DNA of 64,000 nucleotides. It comes from a virus. Below the pieces are notes generated by a model. The model ran no database searches. It had not been told where the DNA came from and worked only from the letters and a program-made list of their open reading frames with translations. The stretch lies in the IMG/VR virus record IMGVR_UViG_3300025466_000014; one strand, written 5' to 3'. The position numbers and the translations under genes were made by a program. Numbering within the stretch: position 1 is the first letter of the stretch; the number at the start of each line of letters is the position of its first letter. Shown here one piece after another: positions 38,951 to 47,536 of the stretch.

Positions 38951-39685
38951 TTAAGCTACAGTGCCTTCATTGATTTGTTGAGTAATGCTGCGCACATACT
39001 CCGGAGAGTATCCATACAATTTTTGGTAGTAGGCAATAGCATTCTTTTTCTCATCAGCAGTCAACGCAGCCAAAACTTCTTTTTGCAAAGCAGATTTAAT
39101 GGCAACTGGATGAATAGAAACAACGCTATCGTAGTCAATGGTTACAGGAATACGACGTGCAAAAGAAACAATCTTAACAGCTTCGTCAGAAGTTGCGACC
39201 GCAAAACCGTGGTCAATGTCGCCGTCGCTGTCAACAAAAGCAACCATTTCAGATGTAGCGGCTTTAGCGATGGTAACATGGCGCAGGCCAGGCATATCGG
39301 AACGACGTTGAGTAGAAGCTTCCACCAAAGCAGTTAGGTCTTCCTTGTCGTGACGAGCCAGATATTTACCAGCAGCGCCTTCTTTAATGTCCCACAGGCT
39401 ATTGTCTGTTTTATCCATCAAGATATTGGAAGACATAACACGGTACTTGGCGCTAACTTCATTCTTAGAAACAGAACGAATTTCTTTGTTAGCACGAATA
39501 AAACCAACAGCAACACCTTCTTTAATCTTCTTAAAAGAAGACTCAACAGGCACAGCTTGATAGTCCATTTGTTTGCCCAAAGACTCTGCAATGAAGGCTG
39601 CGTCTACATCACCGGTATAGGAGATGATAACTTTAGCCAAAGTTGGAGATTTGATTTTGTAGTCTACGATAGATACGGTCTTCAT
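38951..39685 (-). CDS. Putative virion structural protein (244 aa)
   Basis: Strong RBS, high-expression-type codons, structural cluster; internal SAKYRVMSS resembles the leader motif. Confidence 0.6.
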   Translation of the reverse strand: MKTVSIVDYKIKSPTLAKVIISYTGDVDAAFIAESLGKQMDYQAVPVESSFKKIKEGVAVGFIRANKEIRSVSKNEVSAKYRVMSSNILMDKTDNSLWDIKEGAAGKYLARHDKEDLTALVEASTQRRSDMPGLRHVTIAKAATSEMVAFVDSDGDIDHGFAVATSDEAVKIVSFARRIPVTIDYDSVVSIHPVAIKSALQKEVLAALTADEKKNAIAYYQKLYGYSPEYVRSITQQINEGTVA

Positions 39686-39765
39686 TTTAAATTTCCTTTA
39701 TTGTGACACTTAACAGTGATATAAGGAGCTATCCTAAAAATAAGGATTCACTTTTCAATATAAAA

Positions 39766-41115
39766 TTAGCTCTTGCTTATTTTTTGAACAACTAGATTAG
39801 TTAAAGCTTTTACGTCTAAGCTTGGCATGTAACCTTTGCAGTTGCTTTTTAATTTATCCCAGACCTCATTTTCAAGACGGTCACCTGAGTATTTTGCAAC
39901 GTATCGTTTAGCGTATTCGCCAAAAGCTTCAATAACAGCATCAGCGTATTTACCCATTAGCTCTGCGTCGGACGGGTCTACAATAGGCGCTAACTCAAAA
40001 GCCTTGGTCTCTTGATCTGTTAGGGCATGTGGGTACGTAATGATTCCGTGCCTTGCCATTTCGTAATGGACATTGGTTTTCTCAGGCCTAGGGTCAACAG
40101 AACTAAAACCTTTAGGGCAAGTGCCAATGCTTAGAGGCCTATTAACCATAGCGTACTTAAATTCTTTTGAGGCCACTATCGTTTTGCTGAATGCTTTGAA
40201 GGCGTCAATTTCCGTAGGATGCAGAATTTTTGTTTTGTCTTTAAACTTGGAACCCGGATACTTACTCAGATATTTATGCTTGTCCTCATGAGGCAGTTTA
40301 GACAACCAATCTTGAGTTCGCCTAGAAGTCAGCACTGCCGGAGGCTTGCCAAATCTTTTGCGAAGTTTTTTAGCGCCAGTGTAGAATAAGCAGAGCAGAA
40401 GACTACCAGCGTTGTCGCCAATAAAGCTTGCAACCTGTTGCAGAGCACCTAAACCATAGTCTACAACAGAGCCACCGGTCATGGCCCCAAAGACTAAGGT
40501 TGCTAGTGCGTTTACACCTTCAGCAGACGCAAAGAAGTCTACTAGGTCGTAATTACCGCGAAGAGCATCTATGATAGACTCAATAACGTCCAAATCACGT
40601 TCAATGTGTCCGGTGTTGGAGGCTTTAAAAACCATTAGCAGCAAGAGACCTGCAATAGCAAAACCTGTAAGCTTAGACAATACTGGGTTTCGCTTTATAA
40701 CTGCCTCCAAAGCAGCAATACGCTCTGCAGGTTTAAGGCTTCTTAGATAACGAGTATCTTTGAACGTTGCTGCTAGGTCTTGTAGCGCAGCAACAAATAG
40801 GTTTGTAGGTAAACCCATTGCAGCCTTAATACCCTTTAGAATGGCCTTTAGAGAAAAGCCAACACCCTTTAGGAGTTTAAAGACCGATTTTTCTTGAAAA
40901 GCCGCAATTATTTCCCCAATGCCTACGCCCACACCCTTAAGTGACTCCACTAAAGTGCCCAAGTCGCCCTTTAGGACTTTAAGCATTGAGGGAATTTTAA
41001 AGTCAAAAGCTTCTACTCTTGAGGTATCAAGAGAGGCAATAACCTTAGCGTATTGCTCATAGGTTATTGCATTTAGATCATCAGCTTGTAAACGGTATGC
41101 GGCTTCGAGTTTCAT
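39766..41115 (-). CDS. Leader-bearing (MKLEAAYRLQAD) multidomain protein with hydrophobic helices and DarA_C-like domain
   Basis: Hydrophobic FAIAGLLLLMVF and SLLLCLFY segments. YAMVNRPLSIGTCPKG...RHGIITYPHALT..E..AFELAP resembles the Defence-against-restriction-A C-terminal domain as I recall it. Confidence 0.55.
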   Translation of the reverse strand: MKLEAAYRLQADDLNAITYEQYAKVIASLDTSRVEAFDFKIPSMLKVLKGDLGTLVESLKGVGVGIGEIIAAFQEKSVFKLLKGVGFSLKAILKGIKAAMGLPTNLFVAALQDLAATFKDTRYLRSLKPAERIAALEAVIKRNPVLSKLTGFAIAGLLLLMVFKASNTGHIERDLDVIESIIDALRGNYDLVDFFASAEGVNALATLVFGAMTGGSVVDYGLGALQQVASFIGDNAGSLLLCLFYTGAKKLRKRFGKPPAVLTSRRTQDWLSKLPHEDKHKYLSKYPGSKFKDKTKILHPTEIDAFKAFSKTIVASKEFKYAMVNRPLSIGTCPKGFSSVDPRPEKTNVHYEMARHGIITYPHALTDQETKAFELAPIVDPSDAELMGKYADAVIEAFGEYAKRYVAKYSGDRLENEVWDKLKSNCKGYMPSLDVKALTNLVVQKISKS

Positions 41116-41444
41116 TTTGCAGCTCTTTTAGCTAGTTCATCTACCTTCTTGGTCTTAACTTTAACTTCTTTTTCTACTTCGGCTTTTTGTTTAATACCGC
41201 CCAAATTAAGGTAGCCGTTATAATTACCCACTTCTACTTTCCAGTCTAGTTGAAAACCGAAACGCACGGCAGGACGCAATTTAGAAGACCCTACGTCCAA
41301 GAAAGCGCGAAAATCCTTGCTGCTGTCTTTAACAACCGCAAATTTAGCCTCAGGGTATTGTTTAAGAACTTCTTCTTTCCATTCAGCTTTATTCTGCAAC
41401 AATTTACTGGCAGTTAAAAGTCTTGTCTTGGCTTCGAGTTTCAT
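41112..41444 (-). CDS. Hypothetical protein with leader MKLEAKTRLLTAS
   Basis: GAGG RBS; first 15 nt identical to those of 39766-41115. Confidence 0.75.
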   Translation of the reverse strand: MKLEAKTRLLTASKLLQNKAEWKEEVLKQYPEAKFAVVKDSSKDFRAFLDVGSSKLRPAVRFGFQLDWKVEVGNYNGYLNLGGIKQKAEVEKEVKVKTKKVDELAKRAAK

Positions 41445-41462
41445 TTTTAACCTCTAAATTGT

Positions 41463-41981
41463 TTAGAACGTGTTACCGTCATTCAGATAGTCGAAGCTAA
41501 AAGTAATAGACATATCAATAGCTGTAGACTGACTGCCGTCGTAAGCCACATCTGCAATAGCTGTAGGGAAGCAGCCTACCAAGATAATAGTCTGGGTAAT
41601 GTTACCGCTGTTGTCGTAGAGATCCAATTCCAAGTTTACTTTGTATGCTTGCGAAGTAGAGCCTGAATTGTTTTTCCAGGAACGCATGTAATCACGCCAG
41701 CCACGGAAAGCTTGGTAGGTTGAATAGTCAACGGTTTCCAAGAACTGAGCAGTAAAAGAATGCTCATAAAGAGCACGTCCTGCTTCCTGTTTAGCTGTAC
41801 CGTGAAGTTCAATCTTAATAGTGTCTACAGAGGATGCCGGAAGCGTAGACGTTTTGCATTTGTAGGTTAGTCCAGTAGCAGAACCAGACGCGCCGGGAAT
41901 GTTAGGAAAGAACAAATCAAAGTTCCAACCTTGTGCAGCGTCCGGTAGTGCGAGTACGTTTTGGTAAGAGGTGCGAGCCAT
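41463..41981 (-). CDS. Tail tube protein (T4 gp19-like)
   Basis: 172 aa immediately after the sheath. CKT..LP, GR..Y, L.G.FP..I..V.YD and F.FDY pattern. Confidence 0.8.
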   Translation of the reverse strand: MARTSYQNVLALPDAAQGWNFDLFFPNIPGASGSATGLTYKCKTSTLPASSVDTIKIELHGTAKQEAGRALYEHSFTAQFLETVDYSTYQAFRGWRDYMRSWKNNSGSTSQAYKVNLELDLYDNSGNITQTIILVGCFPTAIADVAYDGSQSTAIDMSITFSFDYLNDGNTF

Positions 41982-42002
41982 ATAAATTCCTTTATCTAAA
42001 AG

Positions 42003-42024
42003 ATGAGGGAGTTAACTCCCTCAT
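42003..42024. terminator. Perfect 22-nt palindrome between sheath and tube genes
   Basis: atgagggagttaactccctcat; could be a terminator or an mRNA-stabilising/processing stem. Confidence 0.45.
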
Positions 42025-42029
42025 TGATA

Positions 42030-44000
42030 TCATGCTGTTTTGCCTGTAACCTGATTAAGCACTTCGGAGAACGAAACACCAGATTTAGAAATCACAACCT
42101 GCAGTTGAATTTCATGAATTGGAATCATCGGAATCAGAATTGCAGTACACACCAGAATACCAGCGTTAAAGGTATCAGGAGTATTGTTAGAACTGTCGCA
42201 AACAAAGCGAGCAGCAGCAAGGCCCTGAGCAGCAACAATGCTGTCCAAATAAGCTTGACAGCCATTTGTTAGGCTACGGCGTACTTGGTCAGAATTCATT
42301 TCTTCCAAAGCGTACAGCAGATAAGAGTACAAGGAAGTCTTGATTACGTTGACAATGCGACGTACAGACAACCAGCTAAGGGCCGATTGCTGACCTGCCA
42401 GTGTACGCTGTTCCCAAAGGGCAATACCTTGTCCAATAAAAGTGCGTGTGTAGTTAACCTGAGCCAAGTAAAGTGCCGTTGCCTTGCCGTCATCGTATTG
42501 ATAACGGGTTTTAAGCACTGGCAGTAGGCCACGGTTTAGACCTGCAATAGAGTAAGCTTGATTTGCCACACGGTCTGTACGAGCACACAAAGCTCCAGCC
42601 CAACCTGACGGCGGATTGTAGACTTGCAGTCCGTTAATAGTGTCTGCTTGCAACAAGTCAGGGCTAAACAAAGCACTATAAGTAGAATTCAAATTCAGTG
42701 TAAGATTACGATAGTCGATAGCACTCTGAAAGGCTTGGCTAGCTGAAGGTACGTCCAAAAGAGCAACCGCGTCACCACGAGCTTGCACTAAAGTATCCAA
42801 TCCGATTTGTGTAATAGGATCGGTAACGCCGCCGTTAATAAAGACGTTTGGTTTGTAAACTTGCGTGTTCTTAAACACTTGCAAGGCGTTAACAATGTCG
42901 TACGAAGTGGGTGCAGTTCCCGACGCACCGCCAGCCAAAGCCGTTTGTGCAATAGTGTTAACTGGGGGGATAGTTGTAAGAGCATTAGCAAAGTTAACTA
43001 CCTGCAGATACGACGAGAACGGGTTAATGGCGCTATCAATTTGCAATTGCTGACCAGAGTTAGAAACTTGCGAACCCAATGTGCAAGTCCATGTCTCCAA
43101 GGCCAAAGCCAATGGGTTAGTGTTATCCCAGATAGAAACCGTAAACTGGTTAGTGGTCTTAACGTTAGCAGCCACAGTAATAGGTTGCACCGTAGTGGTT
43201 GCGGTCAAAGCACCAGTATCGGTGAATGTAGTAGTAGCGCCGCCCAAAACGGTTAGCAAGCCGTAGCCCGCACCGCTTGTACGACCGTACACGTTATATC
43301 CAACCGCACCAGAAATAGCCGGCCAAGTCAGGGTAACAGCACCTGTGGACGTAATACCTACAGCTACCGTGATAAGGGTAGACGCAAGACTTTCACCATT
43401 AGCACCCAAGGCAGAAACTTGGTAATTATAAGAAGTACTACCAGCCAAAGTACCGCCAGTAAGCGCAACTGAAGAGGAAAGTACGGGTTGCGATACGTTT
43501 AGGCTCTGGATAGAGATAGACAAACCATTACCGTAAGAACCTGGGCCCTTGTTAGCGTAGAAGAAGGCAACTGCCTGTGTGCCAGCAGACACGTCAGCAT
43601 TGGTCAACAACGCGCTTAGGTTTGTGTTAGTAGGATCTGCAAGACCTTGTGGTACCAGAGAATAGATGCCAGTAGAAGAAACTTTTAGCAGTGCGCCAGA
43701 AGTTGCATAACTATGAACACCGCCTGTCAAAGTTTGATTAACCACACGAACAGCCCAGAGATCGGAGCCTTCGTTAAAGTAGTTCAATGCACTCTGAATG
43801 GTCATAGAAACCGCAGGATTGGGGTTTCCGTATTCAGTAATAAAGTCGTTTGAGTTAGTAAAATGCAAAGGTGCCGTAGATCCCTGACTAGAAACAACGG
43901 CAATACATGCGGAGGTAACAGAGTTAGAGACAATAATAGAGCTTAGGTTAATCTCAGTAACGCGAACGTCCGAGGCTCTTTGAACAATTTGTGCAGCCAT
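42030..44000 (-). CDS. Contractile tail sheath protein
   Basis: 656 aa; F..EYG.P; PPSGWAGALCARTD; S.AGLNRG; LWEQRTL; LSVRR motifs. Confidence 0.9.
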   Translation of the reverse strand: MAAQIVQRASDVRVTEINLSSIIVSNSVTSACIAVVSSQGSTAPLHFTNSNDFITEYGNPNPAVSMTIQSALNYFNEGSDLWAVRVVNQTLTGGVHSYATSGALLKVSSTGIYSLVPQGLADPTNTNLSALLTNADVSAGTQAVAFFYANKGPGSYGNGLSISIQSLNVSQPVLSSSVALTGGTLAGSTSYNYQVSALGANGESLASTLITVAVGITSTGAVTLTWPAISGAVGYNVYGRTSGAGYGLLTVLGGATTTFTDTGALTATTTVQPITVAANVKTTNQFTVSIWDNTNPLALALETWTCTLGSQVSNSGQQLQIDSAINPFSSYLQVVNFANALTTIPPVNTIAQTALAGGASGTAPTSYDIVNALQVFKNTQVYKPNVFINGGVTDPITQIGLDTLVQARGDAVALLDVPSASQAFQSAIDYRNLTLNLNSTYSALFSPDLLQADTINGLQVYNPPSGWAGALCARTDRVANQAYSIAGLNRGLLPVLKTRYQYDDGKATALYLAQVNYTRTFIGQGIALWEQRTLAGQQSALSWLSVRRIVNVIKTSLYSYLLYALEEMNSDQVRRSLTNGCQAYLDSIVAAQGLAAARFVCDSSNNTPDTFNAGILVCTAILIPMIPIHEIQLQVVISKSGVSFSEVLNQVTGKTA

Positions 44001-44011
44001 TATTTAGTCCT

Positions 44012-44218
44012 TTAATTCGAGGTGGAAGGCACAGGATTTGAAGGAACCGAATCAACAATGTTTACCATAGTTGCAGTGGCTGCCCAATTACTATCTACAG
44101 TTTCACCAGGGGCTAGTTTAGCCTTGCTCTTGGCTTGGATATGCACAAAGTGCGGACCCTGAGCGGTGTTAACTTTTGGCGAGATAGGAAAGTTATTAAA
44201 GTTGATAATAGTTGTCAT
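44012..44218 (-). CDS. Hypothetical virion-cluster protein (68 aa)
   Basis: AAGGA RBS; sits between the sheath and the neck-like gene. Confidence 0.65.
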   Translation of the reverse strand: MTTIINFNNFPISPKVNTAQGPHFVHIQAKSKAKLAPGETVDSNWAATATMVNIVDSVPSNPVPSTSN

Positions 44219-44236
44219 ATAATTCCTTCGTTCCTT

Positions 44237-44893
44237 TTAAAACAACATTACTTGTGAATTGGGAGAATTTAAAGCTGCCAACTGGTCACTCGTCTTTATG
44301 CCAAATTGCAGATTATTTATTCGACCCCGAGTACCTAGGACTGGTTCAGACACGTAACCGTTTATAGTTGCCTGAGTAACTACCTGATAAACAGACTCTG
44401 CTTCTGCTGGATTCTCTCTGGCAGGTATGGAGATGGAATCTCCTAATTGGTAGCTTATACTAAGTTGAGACAGTCCGTAGTCCACATTAAATTGCATAGC
44501 GCCGTTGCGTCTTACTAGCAACCAACGACGATTAAAACCCTCAACTGATTCTAATCCGCCCGAATAGGCGTTGGTAATGAACGTCATCTCAACTTCAAAC
44601 AGCGTAGGAATTATTCTCGCTAATTGAAACTGATTATTGTCTGTGTTTAGCGATACGGGAATACCTTGCCTAGACAACAAGTGAGAAGTGTAAGAGTTAG
44701 GATTTGGTGCTTGACTCTGTACATTCAAAAATAGATAAGGGTATTTAGGTGTAGCGTTGTTCAACAACGTCTGAAGAGCTTTTAATTTATCAGGAGATGT
44801 TACATACAGCGCCTGAGCTCTAAACTGTTGAATTACCTTTTGCAGAAAACCGTCTTTAATAAAAGAATCAACAGGTTGAATAGTTTGCTGCAT
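44237..44893 (-). CDS. Putative neck/tail-completion protein
   Basis: 218 aa between capsid and sheath genes; position-based call only. Confidence 0.45.
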   Translation of the reverse strand: MQQTIQPVDSFIKDGFLQKVIQQFRAQALYVTSPDKLKALQTLLNNATPKYPYLFLNVQSQAPNPNSYTSHLLSRQGIPVSLNTDNNQFQLARIIPTLFEVEMTFITNAYSGGLESVEGFNRRWLLVRRNGAMQFNVDYGLSQLSISYQLGDSISIPARENPAEAESVYQVVTQATINGYVSEPVLGTRGRINNLQFGIKTSDQLAALNSPNSQVMLF

Positions 44894-44907
44894 TTTTTAT
44901 ACCCCTG

Positions 44908-45123
44908 TTAAATGATTTTCTTGCACCATTTTTTGTATTCATAACGTAACTCCTCGTCTGAGGCGTCGTTAATTAAATAACGTTTGGCGTCTGCAAAATC
45001 GCCAACCTCACCTTCAACCTCGTAAGTCTTACGCATCTCGTCTAGAATTTCTTCTGTGCATGTTTTGCGTTGTTCATTTGTAAGACCGGATGCCAAAAGT
45101 CGCAGTTTAGCTGCAAGTTTCAT
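44908..45123 (-). CDS. Small protein with leader MKLAAKLRLLAS
   Basis: ATG at 45123 is preceded by AAAGGTG at suitable spacing, so it is preferred over GTG 45132. Confidence 0.7.
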   Translation of the reverse strand: MKLAAKLRLLASGLTNEQRKTCTEEILDEMRKTYEVEGEVGDFADAKRYLINDASDEELRYEYKKWCKKII

Positions 45124-45155
45124 TGCGTTCACCTTTGTTTTAAACCTAATAAGAG

Positions 45156-45178
45156 AAAGGGAGCCGAAGCCCCCTTAT
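45156..45178 (-). terminator. Intrinsic terminator with cUUCGg tetraloop
   Basis: Minus strand gggggc-ttcg-gctccc then tttctctt. Confidence 0.7.
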
Positions 45179-45192
45179 TTTCGACCGTTAAG

Positions 45193-45594
45193 TTACTTGC
45201 TGGTACGAACCATACGTTTCAGAACAGAAGCCATTGCCATTGCTGGCTTGCTTTCTTCTTTCTCTTCTTCGCACTCTTCGTCGCATTCAACTTCATCCAA
45301 AGGATCGCCGTCCATTGCGTCAGCTTTAACAGCGTTAGGATCTTCTGTAGTTTCTTGAACGGCATCTTCCATGATGTTTTCGTTCTCGTAATCCAAAGAA
45401 GCATTCAGACGAGTCTTGGCAGAAATTTCCGATGCAAAGGCAGCCTTGTTAGAGGCTTCCAAAATACGGATTGCTGCTTCCAAGTCGCCTTGCTCACCAG
45501 CTTTAGCCAAAAGACGAGCAGCCAAAACAGGCTTGCCGTTTGACAGCTCATTCAATGCCAATGCAGTGTAATCCAAAGCACGATTGTATTTCAT
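45193..45594 (-). CDS. Head-cluster protein with internal SAKTRLNAS motif and acidic tail
   Basis: GGAG RBS; directly after the capsid gene. Confidence 0.7.
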   Translation of the reverse strand: MKYNRALDYTALALNELSNGKPVLAARLLAKAGEQGDLEAAIRILEASNKAAFASEISAKTRLNASLDYENENIMEDAVQETTEDPNAVKADAMDGDPLDEVECDEECEEEKEESKPAMAMASVLKRMVRTSK

Positions 45595-45631
45595 GTATTA
45601 CTCCAAATATAGGTTTATTCAAAAGAACAAA

Positions 45632-45674
45632 CTGGAAGGTCAAGTATTACTGTTAAAATAACTTGACCGACCAG
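45632..45674 (-). terminator. Hairpin downstream of major capsid gene
   Basis: ctgg..ggtcaagt...acttgacc..ccag, followed on the minus strand by tttgttcttttg. Confidence 0.55.
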
Positions 45675-45691
45675 CCTGCCTAATTCAAAGA

Positions 45692-46747
45692 TTAACGAAT
45701 GCCCTTAGCAAATGAACGGCTGTTAGCAACCGACACTGCCAAAGATTCGTGAATTGCAAAACCGCGACCTGGCATCTTTTCCATAGAGATGTCAGTAGGA
45801 GTAGACTGCAGACCACCACGGTCAGAGTAAGCACCATGGTTAAGAGCGTCAGCAATAACGTAGAACTCACCCTTGCCGAGAACCTTGTGCTCTGGATGAC
45901 GATAAGCGTCGGAAGTAACGGTCATGCCGTACATTACGCCCAGTTCACCAGTCAACAACAATTCATGACGAGCAACTGGATCGATAGCGTTAAAGAAATC
46001 GCTATTACCAGTAATGTCTTGCCACAAGTCAGCAGCCAACAGCAAGTTAGCAGCCTTCATGCCCCACTGAGTTACTTGCGTAACAACAGTAGACAGCAAG
46101 TAAGGAGTCAACTGGCCAGAGATAATGGTCAAAGGATTGTCCACACCAACCAAAGTTTGCAATTGGTTATAGTACAAACGATCTTCTGCAACCATCGTAG
46201 CTTCCACGCCTTCGATGAATTTCTCTTGGAGAACGTCACCAGAAGATTGGTTCAATTCAACTTGGGGAATGAAAGGACGTGCAATAACAGTCATTTCAGT
46301 TGGGGTAAACCATTTGTCACGAGTGATTTGGCTTTCCACCTTAGTGGGGCTGGTGCTCCAAACAGCGGTAACGTTCTTGGTGCGAACTGGGAAGCGAGGA
46401 ATAGAACCTTGCTGCACGTCAATCTTAGCCAGATACTTACGCATGAAACCTTGACGATTAGCGGTCTGATAAAGAGCATCAGAAATCTTTTCGCCCAGAA
46501 CGCGGTGAGCTTCTTTGTCATTGAAAGCAGCCATAACCAATTCGCGGCTGGTAGCAGCGTCAATGGTCAGCATGTTGCCAGAGGCAGCAGCTTGCAAGAA
46601 CTTGGATTGCTGAGTCAGCAAATCACGTTTAGACGAAGCATTCAGTTCGCCATTAGCACCAACAGCACGCTCGTTGGAATTAGCAAACTTCAGTTCTGTG
46701 GCCAAAATTGGTGCTTTAGAAGCACGAAGACTAACTTGATTACGCAT
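45692..46747 (-). CDS. Major capsid protein (putative)
   Basis: 351 aa; follows scaffold and decoration-like genes; strongest codon bias; AGGAG RBS; followed by a terminator. Confidence 0.75.
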   Translation of the reverse strand: MRNQVSLRASKAPILATELKFANSNERAVGANGELNASSKRDLLTQQSKFLQAAASGNMLTIDAATSRELVMAAFNDKEAHRVLGEKISDALYQTANRQGFMRKYLAKIDVQQGSIPRFPVRTKNVTAVWSTSPTKVESQITRDKWFTPTEMTVIARPFIPQVELNQSSGDVLQEKFIEGVEATMVAEDRLYYNQLQTLVGVDNPLTIISGQLTPYLLSTVVTQVTQWGMKAANLLLAADLWQDITGNSDFFNAIDPVARHELLLTGELGVMYGMTVTSDAYRHPEHKVLGKGEFYVIADALNHGAYSDRGGLQSTPTDISMEKMPGRGFAIHESLAVSVANSRSFAKGIR

Positions 46748-46784
46748 TTAGTATTCTCCTAGTTGAGATTAGTTAATTGATTTA

Positions 46785-47513
46785 TTAAACTGCGCTGAAC
46801 TCAATACCGAGGTAAGGTACAGTAGAGGTAGGCACAGCAATAACGTAGGCGCCAACCAGGGTAGTACCAGTACCAGTTTGGTCAGTAATTTGACCAGCAG
46901 CATTAAGCTTGATGGCAGTAGCAACGTTCCAGTTCTTAGAAGCGTCGAATTCAGATGTGTAGATAGTACCACGCTTAACAACACCAATTTGGTTAACGGC
47001 TGTACCAGCGTAGCCACCAGGTTGCACGTCACCTTGAATTGCGCGAGCTTGAGAGATGGACAACAGATACTTGTAAACGATAGTGTAGCTGTTACCGACG
47101 GTAAGGCCAGTAGTACCAGCAATTGTAACGTTAGTAGCATTGAAGGTAGCAGAGATCAAAGTACCGTCAATAGTAAGGGCAGCAGGAACAGCCAAAGGAT
47201 TAGCGACAGGACCGTTATTCAAAATAACCAACTGACCAGAAACGCCCGGCAGAGCAGTGTTCAGCGAGGTAGCAGTAGCAGTGTAAGTCTCAACAGCCAC
47301 GCCGTACGTAGGAACAGTAGGAGCAGCAGAGAGACCAGCAACTGCGAAACCAGCAAAAAGTTCAGAAGTGCCGGAGCCAGTAGAAAGCGTCACACCTTGA
47401 GCAGTCGAAGTCGAAGAGCGAACCAACGCAGCGCCTTCAGTAACCAAGCTAAAGCCAGAAGTAACAACGGCTTCAGAGCTGTCGATAAACTTAGAAAGAG
47501 GGAAGTAGATCAT
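46785..47513 (-). CDS. Putative head decoration/cement protein
   Basis: 242 aa, beta-rich with a beta-tulip-like FAG...GV...G.I pattern; sits between scaffold and capsid genes. Confidence 0.55.
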   Translation of the reverse strand: MIYFPLSKFIDSSEAVVTSGFSLVTEGAALVRSSTSTAQGVTLSTGSGTSELFAGFAVAGLSAAPTVPTYGVAVETYTATATSLNTALPGVSGQLVILNNGPVANPLAVPAALTIDGTLISATFNATNVTIAGTTGLTVGNSYTIVYKYLLSISQARAIQGDVQPGGYAGTAVNQIGVVKRGTIYTSEFDASKNWNVATAIKLNAAGQITDQTGTGTTLVGAYVIAVPTSTVPYLGIEFSAV

Positions 47514-47536
47514 TTCATTTTTCCTTTAATAATGAT

